Shown piece by piece: positions 9,520-17,845 of a DNA stretch of 53,348 nucleotides. Within the stretch, counting starts at the first letter, position 1. The number at the start of each line of letters is the position of its first letter. The translations under genes were made by a program, and so were the position numbers. This stretch comes from a virus (Duplodnaviria; Caudoviricetes), in IMG/VR virus record IMGVR_UViG_3300029787_000068, positions 1 to 53,348 of that record; one strand, 5' to 3'. The notes beneath the pieces are model-generated. The model searched no databases and was not told the DNA's origin. It was given only the letters and a program-made list of their open reading frames with translations.

Positions 9520-10515
9520 TTAGCCAGTGTAATCGTTTCCGCTCATTGCAACGTCATTGGCAATCACGACAAGATCACTGTTCTCGATCTCGAAGTCCAC
9601 TCGGAAGTGAATCGTGATTTCCCATACATCCTGACGAGGCTGACGGTCGAACTCAATCGTGATGTCACGCTGGACAAAGTAGATCAAGTTGTTCAGTGGG
9701 GTACACCAGATCTGGGATCGGTCGCCCGAACCACCAGCACCGTCTTCCGGCATCAGGGGAACTTCCAACAGCGGAATTCCCCACGGGCCTGGGGCCAACC
9801 CGCTGCTGAGTGCAGCATCACCACCTGCGGTCTCGCGGTCACTCCAATCGAGCTTCCACTTGTCCGCTGGGCCTGACGGAACAATCCAGACATAGTCTGG
9901 CTTGGCGGCACGGTAACGGGAAGGAATCGCTCGCTTCATCTTGTAGTACAAGATTTTGGAAGGAGCTTTGTCGCCAGCATCAATCTGCTGTGCGGCAGGT
10001 ACACGATCCTTCAGGATCTGCGCCCATCCATCATTCACACCAAGAAGATTGTTCTCGGCAGTTTGTCCGTCACCCACAGCCTTGGTGTCGTCGCCTTCGA
10101 TGGCGGCAAGCTCGGTGTCGATGGCGATACGCTTCGAGAACATGCTCAAGAGCGTGTCACGAATTCCGGCCCGCTCAAGGTTGTCTTCCATGAAGTCAGT
10201 CTTGAGATCGAAAGCACTGCGATACTTCTCGCAGTCGTAAGTTACGACCGACTCGGTCGGGGTACGAGTCGAGGCTTTACTGGTTGTGTGCGCACCTTCG
10301 GTGACAATCGTTCCAAGATCCAACTTGTTGATTTCACCTTTGTTGCGGTTGACTCGCACCGTGCGAGCGCGTTGAAGAAGCACCGACTCGTTCACAACGA
10401 GATCGATGAAACGATTTGCCTGCTCTCGGTTCAGTACCGAATTCGGCAGGCTGGAGGAATCGATGGCACTCTTGCTCATCAACTCCTTCAACGGCAGCTT
10501 GATATTCGCTTCCAT
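9520..10515 (-). CDS. Major capsid protein (HK97 fold)
   Basis: LNREQANRFID, DTELAAIEGD, AIPSRYR and RVDFEIE pattern; follows the protease; strong terminator downstream. Confidence 0.9.
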   Translation of the reverse strand: MEANIKLPLKELMSKSAIDSSSLPNSVLNREQANRFIDLVVNESVLLQRARTVRVNRNKGEINKLDLGTIVTEGAHTTSKASTRTPTESVVTYDCEKYRSAFDLKTDFMEDNLERAGIRDTLLSMFSKRIAIDTELAAIEGDDTKAVGDGQTAENNLLGVNDGWAQILKDRVPAAQQIDAGDKAPSKILYYKMKRAIPSRYRAAKPDYVWIVPSGPADKWKLDWSDRETAGGDAALSSGLAPGPWGIPLLEVPLMPEDGAGGSGDRSQIWCTPLNNLIYFVQRDITIEFDRQPRQDVWEITIHFRVDFEIENSDLVVIANDVAMSGNDYTG

Positions 10516-10550
10516 GAAAAAAATTCCTTATTCAAACGGAAATTGAAAAA

Positions 10551-12140
10551 TTACTCGACGTTGCCAAGAAACGGGAAAGTCGAATCAAACACAGAGTTCA
10601 TGTCGGGACTCGCGTCTTTTTCGACATCAATCTTCTCGTCGCGGTTTACTCCTTCGGGCATGGCTTTGCCAATACCTTCGGCGGTCTTCGCAACTTCTAC
10701 TACCTGCTCCTGGGTCTGCTTGAGATTCGTGGCAAGTGCGTTGAGAACGCCCATCACCTGATCAAAATCTCCTGCGGACTTGGCAACTTCAGCTTCTTCG
10801 TTTTCCGTTTCCGTGTCTTCGGCGTCTTTCTTCTTCGCCATTTTCTTTTTGTAAGCACCCTGTTGTGCTTCCTCTTTCTCTTCATCTTCCTCATCGTCTT
10901 TCGCAGCAGCAGCACCGCCACCACCGGCTCCACCTTTACCACCAGCTTTGTATGCAGCTTTTTCAGCCAACTCGGTGATTCCAGTAGTAAACGATTGAGT
11001 CATTGTCTCGAACATGGGACCAAGTGCGGCAGCAACACCAGCGGCTGTCTTTTCAGCAACCGTTCCGGCAAACGCTTCCATCTGTTCTTGGCTTTGGCTC
11101 GCCACCTCTTGATCATCAACGATCTCGGCGGTGGCTGTTGCAGTGGCCTCGTCCTGAGCCTCCACTACATCTTCAACTTTTTTCTCGTCAGACATTTCAG
11201 TCTCCTCTGAAGTGTGGTCTAAGGTAGCGAGCTTCTCAGCTTCTTCACTACCAAGTGATTGAGTAACCCAAGCAAAAGATCCATCCTCGGATTCCGGCTT
11301 CAGCGGGCCTGCAATAATATGGACACCGTCTGCCATTTTTACTGTAACAAGTTGGTTGGCATCGAAGTCACTTTGCTTCCGTTGAAATCCATAGAAAGAA
11401 TCGTTTTCGTCTTTCACAGCATCGCACTGCAAACTGTGAGTCTTGAAATATGCTTCCGCAATTTCTTTCGACTCATACTTACTTTTTTCTAACCGCACAG
11501 CGTAAACGCTAAGTGGCAGTCTGCGATCTACTCCATCTGCTGATTTTACGACGACAGCTTGAGCCGATGTCTGATCCGGTATGTGGGTCAGGCTTACTTC
11601 GTAGAGATCAATGTCTCTCAAAATTCTTTCGGTTGTTCCTCTGTCGTTCACTCGATAATCCACAGAGACAAGTCCTCGCCATGAGAAGGTCGAGAGTTCT
11701 CCCGACTTCACCATCTTGGCGACATCATCAACTGTGACATCAGCAACCACAAACAACCCTCGATCTCCAGGCCGCAGTCGAGGGATTTGTGCTTTAGGAA
11801 AAGTGTTGACTTGTTCTTTTGATCCCAGGTCAATCACTCCCCACTCTTTGTCATCTCCAATGTCAGCGATCTTCACCGCATGCATCTCTGTAGGTCGTCC
11901 TACTGCAATTCCATTCCCGTGACGGTCAAGCCAGAATTTGTGATTGACCAACAAAGTTGGTGCAACCATAAACTTCTCAATGTCAAACTCATCGGGTGGG
12001 ACTACGTCACCGCTTCGGTCCGATTCAGAGTTCTCTACAGAAGCAAAACCCTTCACAACCGTAGTGGTTTCATCGCTGTCTTGCGGGGCAAGAGCGACTG
12101 GAGCAGTAAGATGTAACAGTTCCCGTCCTGGGCGAGGCAT
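10551..12140 (-). CDS. Prohead protease (HK97-type) fused to acidic scaffold region
   Basis: VKGFAS, DRSGDVV, LLVNH, GL.V, FS and LYEVSL...P motifs; acidic coiled-coil C-terminal half. Confidence 0.85.
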   Translation of the reverse strand: MPRPGRELLHLTAPVALAPQDSDETTTVVKGFASVENSESDRSGDVVPPDEFDIEKFMVAPTLLVNHKFWLDRHGNGIAVGRPTEMHAVKIADIGDDKEWGVIDLGSKEQVNTFPKAQIPRLRPGDRGLFVVADVTVDDVAKMVKSGELSTFSWRGLVSVDYRVNDRGTTERILRDIDLYEVSLTHIPDQTSAQAVVVKSADGVDRRLPLSVYAVRLEKSKYESKEIAEAYFKTHSLQCDAVKDENDSFYGFQRKQSDFDANQLVTVKMADGVHIIAGPLKPESEDGSFAWVTQSLGSEEAEKLATLDHTSEETEMSDEKKVEDVVEAQDEATATATAEIVDDQEVASQSQEQMEAFAGTVAEKTAAGVAAALGPMFETMTQSFTTGITELAEKAAYKAGGKGGAGGGGAAAAKDDEEDEEKEEAQQGAYKKKMAKKKDAEDTETENEEAEVAKSAGDFDQVMGVLNALATNLKQTQEQVVEVAKTAEGIGKAMPEGVNRDEKIDVEKDASPDMNSVFDSTFPFLGNVE

Positions 12141-12173
12141 GTAAGTATCTCCTGGTATGGAAATTTTGAGCTA

Positions 12174-12202
12174 ATTCTATGACGATATTGGATTTGCGTC
12201 AA
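12174..12202 (-). promoter_or_regulatory. Sigma70-type promoter upstream of protease/capsid genes
   Basis: TTGACG-17 nt-TAGAAT in an intergenic gap. Confidence 0.6.
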
Positions 12203-12268
12203 TTGGATCTTAAATGTTTCCGTAAACGGGGCAGGTGTATCTGTTTAGATGCACACGTCTGCACTCGC

Positions 12269-12538
12269 TTAGTTCTTCTGTCCTGGTATTGCAGAGGGTT
12301 CTGTGTCTTCAATCACGTCAAATTCAAACTGTTTGGCATGCTCATCTAAAAAACTCAAGGCTCTCTGATTGAGACTGTAAAAGTTCAGTTCGCTGATATT
12401 TCGTCCTTTCAAATATCCCTTGGCTGCTATCCATGCGTTCCAAGTGTCAACTAGCGGTTGGTAGGCTTCGGACTCGGTGGAGATCTTACCTTCGTCAATG
12501 ATGTACACGTTATCTGTTTTATCTTTTAATTTTATCAT
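12269..12538 (-). CDS. Small protein, candidate immunity partner of the MuF toxin
   Basis: ATGA overlap with the MuF stop; 89 aa. Function is inferred from position only. Confidence 0.45.
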   Translation of the reverse strand: MIKLKDKTDNVYIIDEGKISTESEAYQPLVDTWNAWIAAKGYLKGRNISELNFYSLNQRALSFLDEHAKQFEFDVIEDTEPSAIPGQKN

Positions 12539-14922
12539 AGTCCTGGTATCCCTGGAGCAGTTGCAAAATCATCATGAGCTAGCAACCAGTTTTGCCGCTC
12601 TTTTGGTAATAATCTGAACCACGTTTGTTGTTCCAACGGAACTCCGTTCATGCTTTCCATAATATACACGAATCCCTCGGGGTCTCTCTGCATCAATAGC
12701 ATGGGGTCACTGTACAATTTCTCTAGGTACATACTGTGTATCTCAGTGCCTTTAACAGTTCCATCTCCTGCAAGAAATTGACCGCTCACCCGTCTCGATG
12801 GGTCTAAATAAATGCGACCTTGATAGTAATGTATAAAATCATCGGGGTGATAAATTTCTCCGTTCTTAAATAAGACATCGACGTATTTGTTTACATTAGG
12901 TGATGCACGATGCTTGAAGTACGCCCTGGCTGATCGAGAGTGATAGGCATCTTCCAAAGCGTGACCTATCTCATGAATTACAGTGTCCACAGGACTGTTC
13001 TTGTGCAGCAAGATATAGTCAATCTCGGATTTACCCGACCCGCCTGCAACCTTCAAACTACTTTGGTGCGCCCTTACTGTTTTGTTTAACTGCAAGACAT
13101 TGACTTGTGTACCTACCTCTCCATCTATAATCTTCATGAGTTGCAGTTGCTCATCTTTAAGCATCTTTAAATACGCTGTGAAATCTCGTCTTTGTGCCGC
13201 GCTCCCCCCGCCACTACTAAGCGCGCCATCTACCTTTTGAATTGTGTCATTTACATCATCAAGTTTGGAGAAGGCTTTCCTTTTCATCTCTTCGGTTAGT
13301 AACCCCTCACCAGAAGAAATGTCGTCAATAAAAGCGACCGCATCATCTACCTTACTTTGTGTTGCTTTGGTCACATTTACCGAAGTAGTCTTTCCGTACT
13401 CGGCTGTGCGAATGTCTGACCCGCCTGTCTGGCTATTAGTAGAAACCCTGATACCTTTTCCCGAAGTCTTCAGTCGCGGTCTTATTTTTTTAGAGAGTTG
13501 TTGTGAGAGTCTTCTAGCTTCAACACCTGCTTCTTCTACTTGGCTCATTAGCTTTAGGACTTCGTTACGAATCGGTCCAAGCTCTTGCCTTAAAGCGATA
13601 GACTCTGCCGTATCTCGAAGTGTACCGTTGGCTCTTCTAAACTTGGCAAGCTTCTCCGCTATCTCGTTAGCTTGTTTGTAGGCAGCACTGTTCTCCAGGG
13701 CAGCATTTGCTGCGGCAACTTTTTCTTGAGCTTTAACATATGCTAGATACGTTTGATCTTTTTCAAGGTCTGCGAGAATCTCGGTCCGCAACTTTTCAAA
13801 ATCTTGTGCTTCTTTCGCAGCGGCTGCTTCTTGAGGTGCTGCCTTGGGCTTCTTCTTTGGTTTTCTCTTGGGACGAGGTTTGGGTGTGTGGGTTCCTCTA
13901 AGTGCGCGTCTCTCGGCTGGAGTAATTGTTCGAGGTACAAATCCAGTCGCGTCCGGCAATGCCGTGGGTGTTGATCCTGGCCCGCCTCTCCACGGATCCA
14001 GTTGTATATTTTTGTCGGACAGGTCGGGGGTGACAGCGCATCGACAATTGATTGCTTGCGCCCCGTCACCTGGATGCAGCTGACCGGATGGAAAAACTTC
14101 TCCAATCTTAACCGTCACCCCGTCATTCAAAGCGTGTGCGGGTCGTGTCCGGCGATCTCCGACAGCCCACCACTGATGTGTCTTGACTCCGCTTCTAACA
14201 TACTGATCGTGTGTTGCGGTGGAGTGTGCGACCTGGGCCTCGGTCCGTGCAATCTTCAGGCTCCTGGCCGGAGTTACCCCGTTCATCTTAGCGATGCGGT
14301 CCGCTGCGGCTTGGTATGAGTTGCCCTTGAGATATACCTCTTCGCGGATGATCGCCCTGGCATCTCGGATAGTCTGCTCTGTGATGCCCTGGCCGAACTG
14401 AATGCCACGGTTGTCAAGCATCCAGATGACCTCCTCGTCAGTTAACTCAAACACCAGATCCATCGGTGCCTTGCTAGTGGTATACCTTCGAGAAAAATCT
14501 TCCAAGCGACGAGACTGTGCCTTGATTCCAAAACTTCTCAATGCAGTCACCGCTCCCATGTCGTACATTAGCGGTGCATATTTTCTATAGATATTCGCAA
14601 GTCTGCGAACTTCATCACTGTACTTGAGATCTCGGAATGTGCCAGGGTTCAGAACAGAGTTCAACGTGTCAGAGATGGCGGGCCGTCTTTGTTTGTACGG
14701 AAGGCGAGCGATCAGGCTGGATTGTCGCTGCATCGTCCGAAGAATTCCTGTGGACAGCAGGCGGGCCGACACCGCTTGATCTAAACGAACAAGACCACGT
14801 TGCAATTCCCTAGAGAACTGCCTCTCGATTTTTATGCGGAGAGAATCGGATGCGACACGATTGACAAAGATTCTCTTCGACAGATCACTTATCTTGTTCA
14901 GCAGGTTCGGCATCTTCACCAC
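12535..14922 (-). CDS. MuF/SPP1 gp7 head morphogenesis protein with C-terminal HExxH metallopeptidase-like domain
   Basis: IARTE, RTRPAH and HPGD...INCRC MuF motifs; K/P-rich linker; HEIGH plus a downstream Glu. True start may be the ATG at 14913. Confidence 0.85.
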   Translation of the reverse strand: MVKMPNLLNKISDLSKRIFVNRVASDSLRIKIERQFSRELQRGLVRLDQAVSARLLSTGILRTMQRQSSLIARLPYKQRRPAISDTLNSVLNPGTFRDLKYSDEVRRLANIYRKYAPLMYDMGAVTALRSFGIKAQSRRLEDFSRRYTTSKAPMDLVFELTDEEVIWMLDNRGIQFGQGITEQTIRDARAIIREEVYLKGNSYQAAADRIAKMNGVTPARSLKIARTEAQVAHSTATHDQYVRSGVKTHQWWAVGDRRTRPAHALNDGVTVKIGEVFPSGQLHPGDGAQAINCRCAVTPDLSDKNIQLDPWRGGPGSTPTALPDATGFVPRTITPAERRALRGTHTPKPRPKRKPKKKPKAAPQEAAAAKEAQDFEKLRTEILADLEKDQTYLAYVKAQEKVAAANAALENSAAYKQANEIAEKLAKFRRANGTLRDTAESIALRQELGPIRNEVLKLMSQVEEAGVEARRLSQQLSKKIRPRLKTSGKGIRVSTNSQTGGSDIRTAEYGKTTSVNVTKATQSKVDDAVAFIDDISSGEGLLTEEMKRKAFSKLDDVNDTIQKVDGALSSGGGSAAQRRDFTAYLKMLKDEQLQLMKIIDGEVGTQVNVLQLNKTVRAHQSSLKVAGGSGKSEIDYILLHKNSPVDTVIHEIGHALEDAYHSRSARAYFKHRASPNVNKYVDVLFKNGEIYHPDDFIHYYQGRIYLDPSRRVSGQFLAGDGTVKGTEIHSMYLEKLYSDPMLLMQRDPEGFVYIMESMNGVPLEQQTWFRLLPKERQNWLLAHDDFATAPGIPGL

Positions 14923-16723
14923 TATCTTGTTCAGGCTCTGACGCTTCTGGTGTTTCTTTTTCAGACTGAGAACGTGCAGACATCTGCATCTTCATGTCCT
15001 CGACCTCATCTTCAAGTTTTTGCTTCTCTGCACCAGATGCTTCGGTCAACTCGTCAACAAAGATCGGACCTTGAGGTGTGTTGATAAAGTTTCGGTCTCC
15101 TCCCACCACGGGTGCAAGTCCCAAACGCTTGGCGACTTGGTTGATGGTCATCACTCCCTTTTCAAGATAGCTGATATACACATTCTTCTCGGCTTCTCGA
15201 TCCCGAATGTCCAAGGGGTTGAACTTCAATGCAACAAGGTTCACACCCAGTCCAAGCTTGAGCAGTCGGTTCAGGTGATGCTCCCACACTCTCTGTGACG
15301 GAGTCACGATTCGATCCTTGTAGATCTCGGCCTGGGATAATCCCTTGCCGGATCCAAGCTCGGAATGTTCCGCAATACCGATGATCGCGGGGGACACACC
15401 GTGGGCTGTCATGATTCCCTGCGAGTTGTTCTTCCTGGTTTCTTGGAACGATCCTTCTTGAGCATCCGCTGCGAGCTTCTCGAATCTGAGCTTCACTTCG
15501 CCCCGCATCGCCGGAACAGGAATGATCAGGGTCTTGTGAGCTTTGCCCTTCACATGCTGTCCGAAGTACTGCATGATCGCGTCCTTCACATCCTTGGCGA
15601 GCTTTGCACCTTCGATCACCACAGCGTATCGAGGGACCGTGTTATGCTCGAAGAATTGCAGCATGAAGTCGCGGATGTGGACATTGCCCAGGACATCCCC
15701 CAGGGCGGGAACCACGTCAGCGTATCCGTAGTAGATCGTGCTGGCGTGATGCTTCGGAATCCAGATCACCTCGTTTGCTGATCGGTTGAAGTTGCTTGTG
15801 GGGAGTCCTGTCTCTCTGTCGCACATGTTCCAACTAAGAGATCCAGGCTTCAACTCCCCGTGTTTCTTTGGATCGTAAGGTAAAGGCTCTCCGCTTACAG
15901 GACTCTTTTCTTGACTGACAATCTTTGAACCAAATGGTTGATAATAGATGTATTTGGAATCGGAAAGCACTTCAACAAATCCCTTCCACCCTCGAAGAGG
16001 ACGGATTCGGGTTGACGGAATGTGTGCAAGTTTTCGGATCTTCATGTCAGCGGACCGAATCACTTCGATAGCTGCCCAACCAATTGCTTCATAATCCATG
16101 CAAGCCCGAAACAGTACACCTTCAAAACCGATCAGTTCGTTTGAGTCGTTGATGAACTCTTTGATTGCATCCACTTCTTGCTCAACTTGAGACTGCGAAA
16201 CTTTCGGAGGAAAATGCGCAGAAGACTTTCCATTTCTTTGACGAGCAAAAGCAACCGCCTGATCGGCTTCTTCATCGGAGACGACATTCACAATTGGATC
16301 GAGTGAATACTCTCGACCGACCGCATCGACTGTCTTTGTCTTTACACAACGAAAGTGGGTAGAGTCCACCTCAAGAAATGCGGACAGCAGTTCCGGTGGA
16401 TAAGGAGGCTCGACGACCTTGGTGGCAGAGAGTGAGGACATCCCCCCTTCGGCCAGACCAAGCTCCTCGTCGGTCTGTGTAGATCCTTCGACACTCTTCA
16501 TAACATCTAAGAGTGCGGAGTTCTGGGCTTCCTTATGAATTCGGTCCGAATCAAAGCAAGCCATGCTTCCTCGAATCAACTCTTTTTGAAGATCTCCCGC
16601 AGAAGCAATCCGGTCGTCGCCCGTGATGAAAGCCTCCTCGATAATGTTCTCGCCGTCCTCGGATGGCGGGATTGCATTCTTTTCGAGGATCTCCGCAAGC
16701 TGGGCGTCTGTTATGTCCGGCAT
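14885..16723 (-). CDS. Portal protein (PBSX/HK97-like)
   Basis: VEPPY, G.A.IEVIR, YYG, FFEHNTVP and AHGVSPAIIG motifs; start taken at MPDIT. Confidence 0.9.
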   Translation of the reverse strand: MPDITDAQLAEILEKNAIPPSEDGENIIEEAFITGDDRIASAGDLQKELIRGSMACFDSDRIHKEAQNSALLDVMKSVEGSTQTDEELGLAEGGMSSLSATKVVEPPYPPELLSAFLEVDSTHFRCVKTKTVDAVGREYSLDPIVNVVSDEEADQAVAFARQRNGKSSAHFPPKVSQSQVEQEVDAIKEFINDSNELIGFEGVLFRACMDYEAIGWAAIEVIRSADMKIRKLAHIPSTRIRPLRGWKGFVEVLSDSKYIYYQPFGSKIVSQEKSPVSGEPLPYDPKKHGELKPGSLSWNMCDRETGLPTSNFNRSANEVIWIPKHHASTIYYGYADVVPALGDVLGNVHIRDFMLQFFEHNTVPRYAVVIEGAKLAKDVKDAIMQYFGQHVKGKAHKTLIIPVPAMRGEVKLRFEKLAADAQEGSFQETRKNNSQGIMTAHGVSPAIIGIAEHSELGSGKGLSQAEIYKDRIVTPSQRVWEHHLNRLLKLGLGVNLVALKFNPLDIRDREAEKNVYISYLEKGVMTINQVAKRLGLAPVVGGDRNFINTPQGPIFVDELTEASGAEKQKLEDEVEDMKMQMSARSQSEKETPEASEPEQDSGEDAEPAEQDK

Positions 16724-16733
16724 GACGTTCTTT

Positions 16734-17348
16734 CTATTTTTTTGATTTTTTTGGGTGACCTGCGGGAAGCAGATCATTATCTGTCGTGTACTTGGAATTC
16801 TTTGGGCTTCCGGTCCTCAGAAGATGTAGGAACGCATTGACTCTAGCGTTTGCCCATTGTCCTCGGGCCATGCCTGGACGGTGTGATGTAGAGAACGCTC
16901 CAGATCCTCGTCGATATACAGCCTTTAACTTTCCAAGAGTTGCTCGACTCCACGAAGGCTTGCCTGCTTTTTTCATTGACTCATTGTGAGTCTTGACCTT
17001 GTTGCGGAGAGTCTTCTCAGTTGCAGCAGATACAGAGACACCGCCGGACTGATTTTTGGCAGATCCTGGCTTGTTCCTTTTAGAACCTCGGACCTGATCT
17101 TTTTTTGGTGCAGGAGTAGATGCACCACCTGGGGCTTTAGACACAGAACCTTGTTCTCGGTTCGCCGTCGAGTTCGGCAATGAAGACGAATCTATTGCCG
17201 ACTTCATAACCTCAAAACCTTGTGCAGCTTTTTCTTTGTATTGCGCTTGTAACGATCCGCAGATTGCATTGGCTGCATCTTCAGACTTCCCTTTGCTTTT
17301 TTGGTCAGCTACACACGCCCTAAAGTTTTCATACCCTGCGAATGGCAT
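16734..17348 (-). CDS. Basic head-module protein with DUF5824-like C-terminus
   Basis: LKAVYRRG.GAF..SHRPG...QWA.ARVNAF motif; carries a copy of the capsid N-arm peptide. Confidence 0.6.
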   Translation of the reverse strand: MPFAGYENFRACVADQKSKGKSEDAANAICGSLQAQYKEKAAQGFEVMKSAIDSSSLPNSTANREQGSVSKAPGGASTPAPKKDQVRGSKRNKPGSAKNQSGGVSVSAATEKTLRNKVKTHNESMKKAGKPSWSRATLGKLKAVYRRGSGAFSTSHRPGMARGQWANARVNAFLHLLRTGSPKNSKYTTDNDLLPAGHPKKSKK

Positions 17349-17349
17349 T

Positions 17350-17523
17350 CTACTTCTCTATGTTTGGAATACTTTGCCACTTAGCACATACATAAGAAGG
17401 CTCTACCACTGCCTTCCAATATGAACACAAGTTTCCTGAATACATGAACACACAGTTTGCACAGTTTTCAGATGTCTGTGCGGGTCCGTAAGCTTTCGGC
17501 AAGTTAGGATGTTCTTCGGCCAT
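17350..17523 (-). CDS. 57-aa four-Cys protein, HiPIP-like
   Basis: Hand translation: MAEEHPNLPKAYGPAQTSENCANCVFMYSGNLCSYWKAVVEPSYVCAKWQSIPNIEK; TAATG-coupled to the upstream gene and fills the gap. Not in the ORF track. Confidence 0.7.
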   Translation of the reverse strand: MAEEHPNLPKAYGPAQTSENCANCVFMYSGNLCSYWKAVVEPSYVCAKWQSIPNIEK

Positions 17524-17843
17524 TACCATTTCACCTTGTCGGCCCAGTAGGCTGCGCTTAATTTTCCACGTTTAATGTTTTTTTTATGACGAGCTTTGAA
17601 GGATCTTCGTCTTGCTCGTTCCGCTGCCGTCTTTGGTTTCTTTCCCGCACCACTCACGCCTTGCTGTCCAAATCGGATGAGCTTAATAGTCCCGCCTTCT
17701 CTGGCAAGAACAGCATGTGACTTCTTTGGATGCTTTGGAGTTCTCTTTGGTTTGTTATAACCAGCAAAAGTCTCGCCACGATACGTGACAGACTTTGTGA
17801 TTATGTCTTTAAAATTTTGATACCCGTCAGACGCCTTGCTCAT
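17523..17843 (-). CDS. Small highly basic conserved phage protein
   Basis: YNKPKRTP.HPKKSHAVLA...IRFGQQG...RRRSFKARH...SAAYW..KVKW. Confidence 0.65.
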   Translation of the reverse strand: MSKASDGYQNFKDIITKSVTYRGETFAGYNKPKRTPKHPKKSHAVLAREGGTIKLIRFGQQGVSGAGKKPKTAAERARRRSFKARHKKNIKRGKLSAAYWADKVKW

Positions 17844-17845
17844 CT

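Noticed and set aside
10063-10761. Long + strand ORFs antisense to structural genes (this one and similar, e.g. 47657..48343)
   Set aside because: Shadow ORFs arising from codon bias of well-supported - strand genes.
17421-17468. Short ATGAACACA / ACAGTTT repeats as regulatory sites
   Set aside because: They fall within the HiPIP-like micro-ORF and reflect its codons.
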